Shown piece by piece: positions 12,636-24,569 of a stretch of 64,000 nucleotides of DNA. The stretch spans positions 1-64,000 of the forward strand of contig MCFE01000491.1 of NCBI GenBank assembly GCA_002104905.1, in the 5' to 3' direction. This DNA is from Basidiobolus meristosporus CBS 931.73 (taxonomy: Eukaryota > Fungi > Basidiobolomycota). A program made the translations under genes and the position numbers. The first letter of the stretch is position 1; the number at the start of each line of letters is the position of its first letter. Below the pieces are notes generated by a model, which saw nothing but the letters and a program-made list of their open reading frames with translations, was not told the origin of the DNA and searched no databases.

Positions 12636-13571
12636 ATGGGCAAATGCCTTGGTATTATACTTGTGCTTATAAGTCTTGTCACACTAGCTTATGGTTCGTC
12701 TGGTGATCAGCAGCCTGTCTTTGTCAATTGCGTAGATGTTTGTGAGCAGAGCATTTGTGGTACCAATCCGACTCTCCCTCTCATTCTTCGTATTACTAGA
12801 TGGAGTTGCTTAGACAACTGCAAGTATAACTGTATGCGTCAGGCTACTGAGGCAGCTGTAGAGAGGGGTGAGGAGATCGTGCAGTATTACGGTAAATGGC
12901 CGTTCATTCGTTTGTTTGGTTTGCAAGAACCTGCCAGCGTGCTGTTTAGTGTACTCAACGGCTGGGCACATTGGCATCATTGGAGGAGAATCCAAACTCG
13001 GGTACCAGATCAGTATTTCTTGAAACCCTTCTATTTTGGTTATGCGCTTTTAGGCATGAACGCTTGGCTGTGCTCTAGCATCTTTCATTCTCGGGATAAC
13101 TCGGTAACAGAAAAGCTGGATTATTTCTCAGCGGCCTTGACCATCCTTTATGGTTTGTACATGGCCATTCTCAGGATCACGCACACAGTCAGTAGAAGAA
13201 AACAGATGATCATAGGAATTGCCCATATGATTCCCTTTATATTTCATATTAGTTACTTGAGCTTCTATAACTTTGACTATGACTACAACATGAAGGCAAA
13301 CGTCTGCATCGGTATGTTGCATAACTTGGCGTGGATCTTTCTAGCGATACGTTCCCCCAATCATCCTTACCGTTGGAGGCCCGTCGTGAGTGCCTCTTTG
13401 GTGACTTCAGCCATGATGCTGGAGCTATTTGATTTCCCGCCCCTTTTCATGGTGTTGGATGCGCATTCTCTTTGGCACGCTGCCACTATACCGATCATTT
13501 TCTATTGGTACACCTTCCTTATTGAAGATGCCTACTGGGATTCTTCTTGCGTGCATCCCAAACTGGGATAA
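12636..13571 (+). CDS. PER1: Per1/PGAP3 GPI-anchor remodelling protein, intronless
   Basis: Signal peptide, WSCLDNCKYNCM, QYYGKWPF..GLQEPASVLFS, SSIFHSRD..TEKLDYFSA and LELFDFPP..LDAHSLWHAAT. Start taken at the Met of MGKCLG. Confidence 0.95.
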   Translation: MGKCLGIILVLISLVTLAYGSSGDQQPVFVNCVDVCEQSICGTNPTLPLILRITRWSCLDNCKYNCMRQATEAAVERGEEIVQYYGKWPFIRLFGLQEPASVLFSVLNGWAHWHHWRRIQTRVPDQYFLKPFYFGYALLGMNAWLCSSIFHSRDNSVTEKLDYFSAALTILYGLYMAILRITHTVSRRKQMIIGIAHMIPFIFHISYLSFYNFDYDYNMKANVCIGMLHNLAWIFLAIRSPNHPYRWRPVVSASLVTSAMMLELFDFPPLFMVLDAHSLWHAATIPIIFYWYTFLIEDAYWDSSCVHPKLG

Positions 13572-14012
13572 CACAACATTGGTACCTCACAACGGAAGAT
13601 ACTTTCGACATCTATGTTTCAAATATCATAATGTAATCCTACCCAGAAAAACTGTTTATGTATGCCGATGGCACGCGTTCGGTAATATTAAACTGAACCA
13701 ACCAAACTTCAAGCCCCATTATATTCCCCAAGAATGCACGAAGCTTGAAGGCATCCAACGGACTGGAAAGCCAGCCTCAACATGAGTTAGGCTGATCGAG
13801 AATATTCCTCGTCGTGACAGCTTACGAATGCCAATAAATTTACACGCTAAAAGGTACCTAAATCTTGTATAGCAATGGTATCTCCACACTCTGCAGCCAT
13901 CATTCGTGATCGAAATCTTTATTATACTGCACATGACGCTGCGCGATACAGCCGGCTGTAACTGGACGAATGGTGTTGAATGGATTCCACCATAGAAAAC
14001 GGCAGGTGGTTG

Positions 14013-16463
14013 CTAAGACCACATCCCAAAGAACCATTTGGAAGATCTTTTCTTCTCAGCAGGGTCGGAGTTTTGCCACAGGAACTCTTTCAAGGACACA
14101 ATAATGTCGACAATCGAGTCGGAGGATTCATCGCTCGACTCTACATTTTCACTCGGCGTGCTAACAAATCGGCTCCATACGGTATCATACAGTCGCTCGG
14201 CTTCAAGAAACGCCTCGGTGTTTTCTTTCTGGCAAGAATGGAATACAATCCGGTCGACGCCCGCCAACCTGGCTGCCAGCATTTGGATCAGATGCATCAG
14301 CACCCTGTTGCCGCCACGCCTTCCAGCTCCCCAAGCACCCGTGTGGATAATAATATAAGGCCTGTTTGATGGATTGGCATCCTCTTCCGGGAAGTCATCG
14401 TAATCCGGAGTGTAACCACACTTTTGGTAGGATTGGTAACGTGCAGCGGCGAAGCTGCAATACGCAGTTGTCAAGGCAGTACGGATGGTTTCAATGTCAT
14501 AAGCGTTGTGACCTTCAGGCGGTGAAGCCATGGAGATGAAATTACTCCGGTTGGTAGAGGTGCAGGGTTTAAACATCTTCAGAATTTTGCTGGTGCTTAG
14601 TGAAGCAAGATGCTTGTGCTGATCCGGTTGATGCGGGGACCCAGGCTCCTCCGGTATCGAGAATTCACACATTTGCGGGATATCTTGTATCAGTATCGGC
14701 GTCGACTCGCATGGCATTTCATCCGTAGAACCGGCTGCGAAGGTTTGCGGAGCCAAATTGGGAAGCTTCTTGCTTCGCTGCAGCAGAAGCTCGCGGACCG
14801 ACCCTAAAAGGGGATACTCTAGTACTTGCAACTCACCGGTAGAAGGCTCCAATTCTCCATAGTTGCCGAGCAACTGGCCGTTGGAGAAATTCACACGCCA
14901 TGTACACCCCTTGGGGTCAGTGGGTGAAGTAAGGTAATCCTCATCCAACCGAATCTTCAGTGAATATCCAGCATCTTGATAAAACGCGCGGCTTGGTAGA
15001 GCTTTTGGCGGGCTCCAACGAGAAATCTCCACTATCCAGTCGCCTGGTTGATGGGTCTTGGAGGAAAACTGGTTGAATACGGCCAGCTTGGTTTTATTGG
15101 TAAACTTGGGCGGATAAATAGTATAGAGCTCATTTGCTGCAATATACTCCGAGATAATAAGATGATCCTCTGCTTTAAATAGCAATGGAAGCACTGGCCC
15201 TTCAGGCTCGTCTTCGGAGTCAGAATCGCCATAGAGACGATCGTCTTTCTCGATATCTTGGGGATTCTCTGGATCAGTGGGCTGGCTTTGGCTGATGTCG
15301 CTCTCAAGGCACTGAACTGTTTTCGGCAGCTCCTCGCCGAACGGGCCTTCTGGTTTGGACTGGTCCGGAATCACTCTGTATTTATCCTCAGGGTTCAGTA
15401 TCTGTTCATTCTCTTTCTGTGAGCATGGAGCCACAGGTGGATCTATCTTCAGACTTTCTAAAGCTAGCACGTTGTCGGCTAGAATTTCCTGAGTCTGAAT
15501 GTGATCTGCTGGTCGTGGGCGATCGTCGACAATATCGTTTAGTGGTTCTACCTTGGTAGGTATCGTGTATGAAGATGGAGGAAGATGCACCGATTCATTG
15601 AGCTGTTGTGGTACCTTGATTTCCTCAGCATTCGTAGGGGGGAGTTCATGAGTACGCACGACTTCGGGGACGGATTGGGGCTCCTTGAGATGCTCCGCAC
15701 CGGAAATTGCGGCTAATAGGCCACTTTGCGGAGAGTATACATTCGCCGATAGCGGTGTGGAGATACCAAGTTCACTGGGCGAGGACAAAAGTGAACTTGG
15801 CTCCCACTTGTTTCGCAGTTCGTTTTCAGAATGGCTTAGGTCCTGAGGAAACGGTGAGTGGTTGTGATTTCCAACTTCTACCATTGGCATCGTTTCGTTT
15901 TGGTGAGGGAAAGTGCTTTGTGTATTAGGGAAACTATAGTTGCTGGGTTGCTTGGAAGCACTGTTCCAAGGAGATGGCATACTTTCTGGCCACGATGTCG
16001 GCGAATTCTCGAACGCAAAGGCATCCTGATCAATATAACCCTCTCTTAGGTGGGTCGAAGCATGGAGATTCGACGTTTCCACTTCCAAAGATACGGGATT
16101 TTCTGGGAAATGGCCGTTCGAAACCGCAAAGCTCGGCACAGGCATGCTATAGAATTCCGAGGTGTCCCTGGCGTATTGCTGTTCAGTATATCCCGGTATT
16201 TGTGGCATTGGCATATAGCCGGGCGAAAAATGCCCCAGGGTCGCCTCTTGCTCCTGATAGGCAAAAGTGTTCGCATGATGTGTATTCAAGCTTTCATATG
16301 TGGTAGGGATTTCCGCATATGGTGAAGAAACCTGTGGCTCTGGGAATTGCGGAGTCGACCCATGTAGGGAAGAGCTGTGTTCCTGGGTAGTGAATTGGAA
16401 GGAACTTTCCCTGTAGTAACTTTGAAATTGTTTCTCCCGGCGATTCTGGTTGAATCCCTGCAT
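14013..16463 (-). CDS. Protein with long Q/P/S/E-rich disordered N-terminus and C-terminal PARG-like macrodomain (catalytic loop degenerate), intronless
   Basis: The C-terminal third has WRVNFSNGQLLGNYG..ELQVLEYPLL, NFISMASP, ETIRTALTTAYCSF and IIIHTGAWGAGRRGGNRVLM, matching PARG-fold motifs (VDFAN..QEE, AYCGF, TGNWGCGAFGGN). The ORF is open from 16577; MQGFNQ at 16463 was taken as the likely start. Confidence 0.65.
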   Translation of the reverse strand: MQGFNQNRREKQFQSYYRESSFQFTTQEHSSSLHGSTPQFPEPQVSSPYAEIPTTYESLNTHHANTFAYQEQEATLGHFSPGYMPMPQIPGYTEQQYARDTSEFYSMPVPSFAVSNGHFPENPVSLEVETSNLHASTHLREGYIDQDAFAFENSPTSWPESMPSPWNSASKQPSNYSFPNTQSTFPHQNETMPMVEVGNHNHSPFPQDLSHSENELRNKWEPSSLLSSPSELGISTPLSANVYSPQSGLLAAISGAEHLKEPQSVPEVVRTHELPPTNAEEIKVPQQLNESVHLPPSSYTIPTKVEPLNDIVDDRPRPADHIQTQEILADNVLALESLKIDPPVAPCSQKENEQILNPEDKYRVIPDQSKPEGPFGEELPKTVQCLESDISQSQPTDPENPQDIEKDDRLYGDSDSEDEPEGPVLPLLFKAEDHLIISEYIAANELYTIYPPKFTNKTKLAVFNQFSSKTHQPGDWIVEISRWSPPKALPSRAFYQDAGYSLKIRLDEDYLTSPTDPKGCTWRVNFSNGQLLGNYGELEPSTGELQVLEYPLLGSVRELLLQRSKKLPNLAPQTFAAGSTDEMPCESTPILIQDIPQMCEFSIPEEPGSPHQPDQHKHLASLSTSKILKMFKPCTSTNRSNFISMASPPEGHNAYDIETIRTALTTAYCSFAAARYQSYQKCGYTPDYDDFPEEDANPSNRPYIIIHTGAWGAGRRGGNRVLMHLIQMLAARLAGVDRIVFHSCQKENTEAFLEAERLYDTVWSRFVSTPSENVESSDESSDSIVDIIVSLKEFLWQNSDPAEKKRSSKWFFGMWS

Positions 16464-17108
16464 TGCAACTGAATTTGAAGATAGTGAAAGAGATCTTATT
16501 GTGGTGAGATACGCGGTCAGATACCCTCTAAGAATAACACTACGACATGCACCCTGGAATTTCCTCGGTGCACCCATTTTGTGGATTTATTGGGTTTCCC
16601 AAAAACCCAGATATAATCAATTCCTAGAATCCAACATTGTTCTGGATCAAGAGGAGGCCATAACTCATCAGTTCTGTAGATCCCAGGTGGCTAAATATCA
16701 TCCTCGGTGCAGAATTATACAGCGCTTGGACTAAGAAACACACTCATCCAGTTTTCGCACAAATTGGCTTGATACTGTTTTATATATAGCAAACAGAAGG
16801 CAGAAATAGGAAAAATGATATATGACGAAAAGTGACCAAAGATTTGTGTTTAGAAAGATAGAAAGAATGGTTCTATATATACAAAAGAAAGGCGCGGAGC
16901 GGCTCCGACAAAATGAAATGATTGAACTTGCGCGTGCTCAAGTGGCGAGGTGAAGCTGATGCGTGATGTATTCGTGTAACTAAAATGACCTCGCGGACCA
17001 GGCTATATCGCCCATACGAGTAGTATTTGCAGACCTTGGTCCACTGTTGTCCCGTTGCGACGCAGACATTGGAAGCAATAGATAGGACATCTATTTCAGG
17101 GACTGCAT

Positions 17109-19358
17109 TCAGAAAGTCTCGGCCATTATAGGAATGATTGGCTCTATGTAGATTGTATCAGCATTGGAAGCAGCAGTCCCAGCACTGTCTCCAGATATTG
17201 AGTTCTCATTGTGGTCCATTGCACTGTGTGTTTGGTACCCATGGTCACGGATATGCTCCCAAGTGGCAATGTTGCTTTGGATCTTGCCCACGCAATAAGA
17301 CATTTCTGAACAGCCCGACGTTGCAATAATTAGCATTGGGCCCCAAGCTGGATGAAGAGGGTAGCAATCCAACATACCTGGTATCATATCGCCAACAACC
17401 TGAAACAAAGGAAGGGCTAGCTTTCCTATGAAATCGATTTGCCCTTGAGCACGAACAGTTTCGGATTGTTCCGGGTCCATATTGATAGGATACCCCATTC
17501 GCTCTTCTAGGGAAGCCTGCAAAGAGCATCATTAGTATTGCGTCACCAGGGACCAACAGACATGCACGTACTTGATCCTTCAGTTCGTTCATTAAACAGT
17601 CGGTCCACCTGGAGGCGACATGGAATGAGCGAGCCTTGAAAAGTCGTTAGCTGTCAGATGGAAGATGCCACTCAACTGTAAAGACTAACCGCGTTGCTGA
17701 TATCAGAACACTTCAGGATAGCGGAGCAGAAAAGGATCTTTTCCCGCATAGGGTCCAATATAGAGGTCGATCCTAGCCGGCTGTTTTGCTCCGTAAAAGA
17801 TCGGATGTACTCGAAATGGGCACTCATGTCGGTAGCCAGTATCGAGTTCACAACCAATTTACGAAAATCTGGGGCAACTGATGAGCAAAGGCCTAGTCCC
17901 AGTCAGAGATCGAAGAGAATACATACCTTTGAATTCTCCGGTGGATTGGTCCCCAAAGAAGTTGAACCCATGCTTCTTCATCAAAAGAAACAATGAAGTA
18001 GTGTGGTAATTTTCGAGCACAGCTTGATCGTTGTATAGTAATGCCAGGGGGGTTTGTGCATTTATCATATATGCATTATTTACACCAGGGTGGCCTAAAT
18101 CGTGAGCCAGGCTAGAGACTAGCAAGGCAAACACGTCATTAGGAGTCAGGAACTCGTGTATTCTCCGCTTTACTTCTGCGCTTGATCCTGTGTTCAAGCG
18201 TGGACAGTTGCTCCCAGAAGACCCAAGGAGCCCAACATTCTTCAGTGTGTAGTATGTCGCTTGAAGAACATCAACCGCATGATAAAAGTTATGATATGGG
18301 TTGGGATTACTATAGGCAGCACGGATGGCTAGGATGAACCTTTGAAGTACATCTGAGGCGGTCACATTAGCATCTGTCAGATTCCTGATCAAACAACACT
18401 ACTTACCGTTTGAAACGGTAACATTTTGCAATCCACTCACTGCCAAACTGTCCTCGAATGCAATCAAGATGCATCGAAGAAGATCATCTTCGGAGTAATC
18501 ATAAGGGCAAAAATCCCAATCAGAGTACTGCTGCCGCAAGTACGACATGCGCTCTTGGGAGGCGATAGTGTCCAGTCTAGAAAAGACACTTAGTGGGCCA
18601 GCACTACAATCCACGAAACGAATGGCGTATCCAAGTTACCTGGGGAACTTCGTGATGTTGATGTGATGAAACGGCGGCGCATAGTGATTGATAATCATTT
18701 CTTCAAGCCTAAGAAAGCAGTTGAATATGTGGACCGGATTGGTGATAAATGCTCTATGTTCGCAAGTACCATTCATCACGCGAAAATGCCAAGTTCAATC
18801 TTTCCTCGATGTTGTGAAGGTCTCCCACCGGAATACTATGCTTCGCAGTCCCCACTGCAACCTCGTCTCCACTATCAGGGGAGCGTACAGGTTTTTTGTA
18901 CCTGGTTGAGTTCTGGGACCGTGTTAATATTAGCTAACAACAGAAGCGAAGTCACAAAACCCAGTACCAGCCAGAGCGTTTTGATAACCTGCGAAGACAC
19001 AGGCTTGATGAGATAATCAGCAGCTCCAAGGTCCAGACAGGTGGCCATTAGTTGCGGGGAATCATTTCGGGAGAGTGCTGTTACAAGAGCCAATTAACCA
19101 TCAAAATACTTGCTCACACACAGAAATACTGCTACCTATTGGGATGACATCGGCTATTATTCCCAAGTCTATCTCTTTGAGGACCACTTTTAAGAACTCA
19201 ATGCCGTACAGTATGTTGGAGGTGTCTTTGGGCTCAAAGCCGCTCTCATAGGACGAAGGATATACATTGTCGTCCCGGTTGAAAGTATGGTGGTCGAGGT
19301 CTACAAGAAGGATAGTATATCCGAACTGAGCAGGTGGCTGGCTGTGCAAGTAGGACAT
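17109..19358 (-). CDS. Class I cyclic nucleotide phosphodiesterase (Pde2-like) with N-terminal receiver-like domain, multi-exon
   Basis: HD-domain motifs NPYHNFYHAVDVLQ, HDLGHPGVNN, VLENYH, ILATDM, LKCSDISN and QIDFIGKLALPLF. The N-terminus has ILLVD and VIPIALSRNDSPQLMATCLDLGAADYLIKPV, which is REC-like. Confidence 0.9.
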
Positions 19359-22300
19359 GGCTTCATTGCCAGAAGCAACTGCAGTTACTGCGAACGAAGG
19401 TAAGAATAGGGATACACGATAGCATGCTCAGCGAGTGCAAATACCTTGCTTGTATGTCTCCAAGAGCTGTTGAATGAACTCGGTTGCCTCGCGTGCTTCG
19501 CGCCTCGAAGACCTCCGACTGATTTGAGTGTTTGCGAATTCGCCGGAATAAAAACTACTCTGGTGCTCCTCGACGGTGGGCGAAGGCTGGGGAGAGCCGT
19601 ATGGGGTGACGTGATATGTACCTGATACGTAGACACTATCCACCAAAAGAATGGCACAGCCGTTCGAGCCAGGAGTGGGGAAAGTAGGTATGGCCGGTGA
19701 AAGTGGAGCTCTACCACGTCTCAGAAAAGACATATGCATTGGAGAATTTCAAGAACGAGAGAGAGAGAAACAAGGATATTCAACCTTAGAGATTTATTCC
19801 CCAGTGAGTTGCTTCGTTTTCAGCGGCAGTAAGTAGGTGACCGATACAAGCGATAAACCAAGTCTGGGAAAATAGAAAAAATAGGAAGCGGAGTGAATGA
19901 GTAGCAGAGAAAAGAAAAGCAAATGGAAGATAAAAAATAGGGACTAGTACTGATTTGGGGCTCACAATCTGATACAGGCGGCATGTACTCCAATCGTTAC
20001 TTTAAGAATAAGCAATTCCATTTTAAATTCAGGTGGGACTTGGATCAATTTGACTGAATAGTCATGTAGGATTCAGATAAGGAAATCCATCCCACCTAAA
20101 GGGCATACAGAATCAGTTATCAAAATGGCCTTGATCGTCGTGACATGATGGCTTGGGAGAGATACAATAGGAAATCTTGTTTTGGTGATTGCTTTGTTGG
20201 AAGCACAACGGGCTGCCTTGTGTGTAGGAAGCCATGTCCATTGGCGTTACAGTCTCTCAAGCCACAAGCCTCCACCGACCTCTGAGCCTGAGGATTTCGC
20301 GGTTTCCATGATGGTGGAACAGCCTTTGTACCCCGATTCTCCACAATCAAGGATTTCTATTTGCTTTCCAATCATGATGGTGCTTCACAAAGCCAATGCC
20401 ACGTTTTCCCATCATCGTCCCGGCTATACCTTTATTATACCTGATTGGCGCGCTCCATCTGGGCAATTGCCATTTTCGACCACAGCAGATTTGTCTATAT
20501 GCAGATGCCCGCTATTCTTGGAATCAGGCAAGTAGAGATTGAATCTCATTAGTCCCATGTGGAAGTGTTGATGCATACGCCGATATTGGTGCTTGACTAG
20601 TCTCACCTCTAGGATATACTGCATGGCGGCTGTCATGTTTGGAAGCTCACCATCAATTGTGAATGCGTTGTGCGGGGAGAGCCAGCGTCAGGAACGATGC
20701 TGGATTGAAAGCGCAGCAGGTGTATGGAGCCGTTATCACCAGTATCAGCTCAGGTGACCATGAGAATATACCACTACTCCATACCATATGGAATCTATGT
20801 AATACGAATCAGGCTACTGGAAATCATTCGACTAGCAGAGTCTCTATCATATGATGATGACGTTTTGGCCAACCTCCACGTGGTTTCCATTCCCAATGGC
20901 CAAGACGGCGGAGTACCTAGCTGTCTCAACCCAGCTCGTTCTTTGATTATCTATGTCTCTACCATCCAGCCACAAAGAGCCAGACAGCTGAGTTGTAGAA
21001 CATACGCGCGGCCAGTGACCTACGTGCTCTGCGCTGCCATCCTGAAATGCGGCAGGCAGCTGTCGCCCCTATCCAAGGTCATATTTAACGATATCGGGAA
21101 ACCTCGTCTAAATCACCTTTAGAGCCATTTGATTTGACGGATGTTGTCAATTTCCATGAGGGGATTGCTACTCTATTGAAACCGCTAAAATATTGACTTA
21201 CACAAAGATACAAATATGGTTGCCCATCTTCCTAATTGGGTCCTGGGCAAATGCATGATTGGCTGTAGCCCACACACTGATGGCCAATTCCTGAAAAAGA
21301 ACGAGGAGTCGGGGCAGCGCTCTTGTACGCTTGGCCTTGGAAAAACTGGATATTGGCAGCTTGGTAACAGTCGTCAGTTACCAAAGACCAGAAATATCCT
21401 GGACAAGAGCCTCTAGGCCTTGTCTTTGAAGGTGATCATGGCTTCTTCGAATTGGCCCCCATTCCGGTATGCCGAGAGCTACATGTATGGTGGAGATGCG
21501 TGCTAGGCTATGATCAGAATCTCATCTACATTTTCCTGTGATCGGGAAGTCATTTGGCTAGATGTAGATTATATGATATGTCAGCAGATGAGTTGCCTAA
21601 AATGTATTCCACTTCAACGAAACATTCTCCCTCAACAGTGAGGAAGATTCGCATCCCATGGTCTTTGTTTGCTACGAATGGAAATGGAGTAGGCTCTATC
21701 CTCCTTTAGACCAATTGATGATAGCCTGAAGTTCCATCGCTAGGGGATCGATTCGTGTTTGATTGAGCTGTATTAATGTGCTGCCGCAAAAATAGTTGGG
21801 GAAGCAGCATAATAGCGATGAAGGGAACTATTTGCGCCAATCTTCATCAGTGGTCAGGGGCTAAAGGTAAGATCAAGGTTGAACAACCGTGTTAAACATT
21901 TCATTAAACATTGCAGGTTTCAGGCTAGCGAATTCGGCCAAGTAGTTTATTATAGGGGTAGAGCTAATTTGTCAGTTGGTTATCACCCTACAAATGCAGA
22001 TTCAGCAAGCCCAGGGAGGGAGGGAGTTTTTGCTCGAAAGGCATCCAATTGCCATGACGAACTCTGTAGCTGATTGGCCTGCTGATGGCACACGTCTGGG
22101 TGATTTCAGAGAACACCCAATGGCCATGTTGATCACGTTGGAAAGGCGAGCAATCAAGGCAAATGCTGTTGACCAAGTTGTATGCGGCCACACAGTATGC
22201 CACCAGTGCAAAAAGGGGATCTGGTTTGCTTTGCTGCTTACAACCTCTCAAATGGCATCAACAGTAGACTCCAGTTTATTTGGGACATGCATCTGGTAAG

Positions 22301-22833
22301 CTCCAGGGTTGCCATTGCCCTGATTTTTAAGCTCTAGAACTGGACCATCATTTCATTGCCTAAGCTATTTACCATATAAAAATATCAAACTTGGATTTTG
22401 TATTGTTTCTGCTGGTATTTTTCGATCAACTTCTCAAGTGTGAATATCATTGAGATAGTGAGCTGACTGTTACCACATTTGGTATGATGATTACTCAGGC
22501 ACAACACTCTCCAAGACATATGTCTACTTGTCCTCAAGAAGGCTAGGGCTAGGGTTAGATCCTGAAAGTTGTAACTTTGAGGACACGTATTTCTGCTGGG
22601 ATTCTGCTGATATTTGGTGAGTTTTTGGACCATAATGTGACTACCTATTTAGTTTCAAAGTCTGATGAGCTTTTAACTGTACTTATTTGTATTTTATTCC
22701 TGATAATCTTAATGCCAAAGTATGTTGCAAGATCATAGGTAGTATTGTAAGATATTCATTGTTTCATTGAGCTCAACTATGTTACAAATTTCGTAATTAC
22801 ACCTACAATATTCACTTGGTCACCTAGATCATA

Positions 22834-23070
22834 GTCTACAAATCTTAGAGAATTCTGGCCAAATTCATTGTCGGGATTTACTTGGAATATTTCACTAAAA
22901 GATCAGGTATCCAGGTTATAAGTTGTCCAAACAGCCCCAAACTTAACACATATTTTTGGGACCTTCCTAAACATAATATAAATATTACTTTTACATTCAA
23001 TGAGTCATTAAGTGAAAACCACATAATCTACTTGTTCCCCGAATTACTTCCAATTTCTCCAACACTTTTA
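22834..23070 (-). repeat. Dispersed AT-rich repeat, copy 1 (degenerate TE, possibly Mutator-like)
   Basis: Alignable by eye with 41139-41430 (same orientation) and 58490-58712 (inverted), e.g. gtctacaaatcttaga.aattctggccaaatt and gtgaaa.ccacataatctac. The minus-strand translation contains RLCGFH. Confidence 0.7.
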
Positions 23071-24569
23071 CAACAAAATAGAGTATTTATATTTTTGGGG
23101 GAACATTGTAATGCTAATGATTGGTAAGTTTGAGAAAAGATCACAGGAGGTGGTGTGCAGAGTATAGGGGCTTTTGGATGGGTTTGATAATGTGCCAACT
23201 TCCAGGTCTTCACTAGTTCTTGGAATAAACGAATATCTTACAAACCAAATATCAAGTAAATAAATAGGATCTTAAGGTATGTGAGTAGTTTAAGGTGTAA
23301 GCTAAATATTTACAACACTTAAAATATTGCAGAGACATTCAAAGGAGATATGAGCAGTCAGGTTAACATGGATATTTCTAGGACTTGGAATAGCCTGAAT
23401 CATGGTGAAGCTCATAACATTCTACAATAAATACTTTACCATCAGTCAATAAAATCAATCAGCGTAAAGTCACTTTCCCTGTATTCTATATCGCCTCTAA
23501 TCTCCACTTGGTTCAGATCTTCCATTCCGATCAAGTTATGCAACTGAATCATTGTGTATGAGTATCCTGCAAGGTCGCGGTAATGCCTCTAGATTCTAGT
23601 TGCCTTGTATTATGCTTAGTGCCTGGGAATGGCCAGTGTCAGTGCTGGTAAACTAGTATTTGGAGTTTTTTGGAGCCAGCCTATGAAAATCCTCAAAAAT
23701 TCAAATCTTGTTGGCCATACACGCTTCAGGAAATCGGGGTTAAAGGCAATATTAAGTATAACACCGTTTGATATTTACGCTCTCGCAGCTACACGTGATA
23801 TTTGCGAAGTATAATACCCAGCTACTAGCATTGTCACAAGCTATTGGCAGTATATAATCTTTGGTTGCAACTTAGAATTCCGTCGGAGCACCAGATGAAT
23901 GGGGTATGAGCAATAGCAAGATCAGAAAACCGGCAAGTTTGAGATGTTTGCCAGCGATGGTATTAGGTAGTGCGCTTATCAAAGTAGCTACTATCTAATA
24001 TGATCTGTGAAGTACTGAAGCAACATACACTACCATTAGTCTTGAGGCAAATCTCGTATTCACTAATCACGCAACTTGCCAGCTTCTGAGGTATCGGAGT
24101 TACATGAGCCAATTTGACAATCAATCCCCATATCCAAAGAATCATATCACCAAAGTCAAATATATGCTGGTGAGCATTTAAGTGATTCCCTCCCAAAATC
24201 GTCAGATTTGGGGGTAATTGTGACTTATCAGTGATCATCAACAGCTAAGCCCAAGAAGCTGATAGCTGTGGCTTTGCGAGCATAGGATTCATCAGCCAAT
24301 TGGAGGAAGAGGCTAAGCCAAATTCAAGAATATTTGGAGCAATGGTATTAGAGATTGCAGAATTCATGTAGGCTTTGCGACTAAGGGTTCTCCGATGTAT
24401 GTTAAATAGGCATCTTAAGAGTGTGAGAATACAGAACAGCAACAGCAACAGCGTACTATTCCTGAGTTGTTATTACCGACGATATACCCACTATAACGAG
24501 GGCAACAATTTTATTCCCAAAAGTTAACAATACCCTGCCAAGACTCCTCCAAGTATCGCAACACACACA

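Noticed and set aside
20120-22300. Several 60-130 aa ORFs on both strands
   Set aside because: No motifs, overlapping frames and no coding-like consistency; treated as intergenic.
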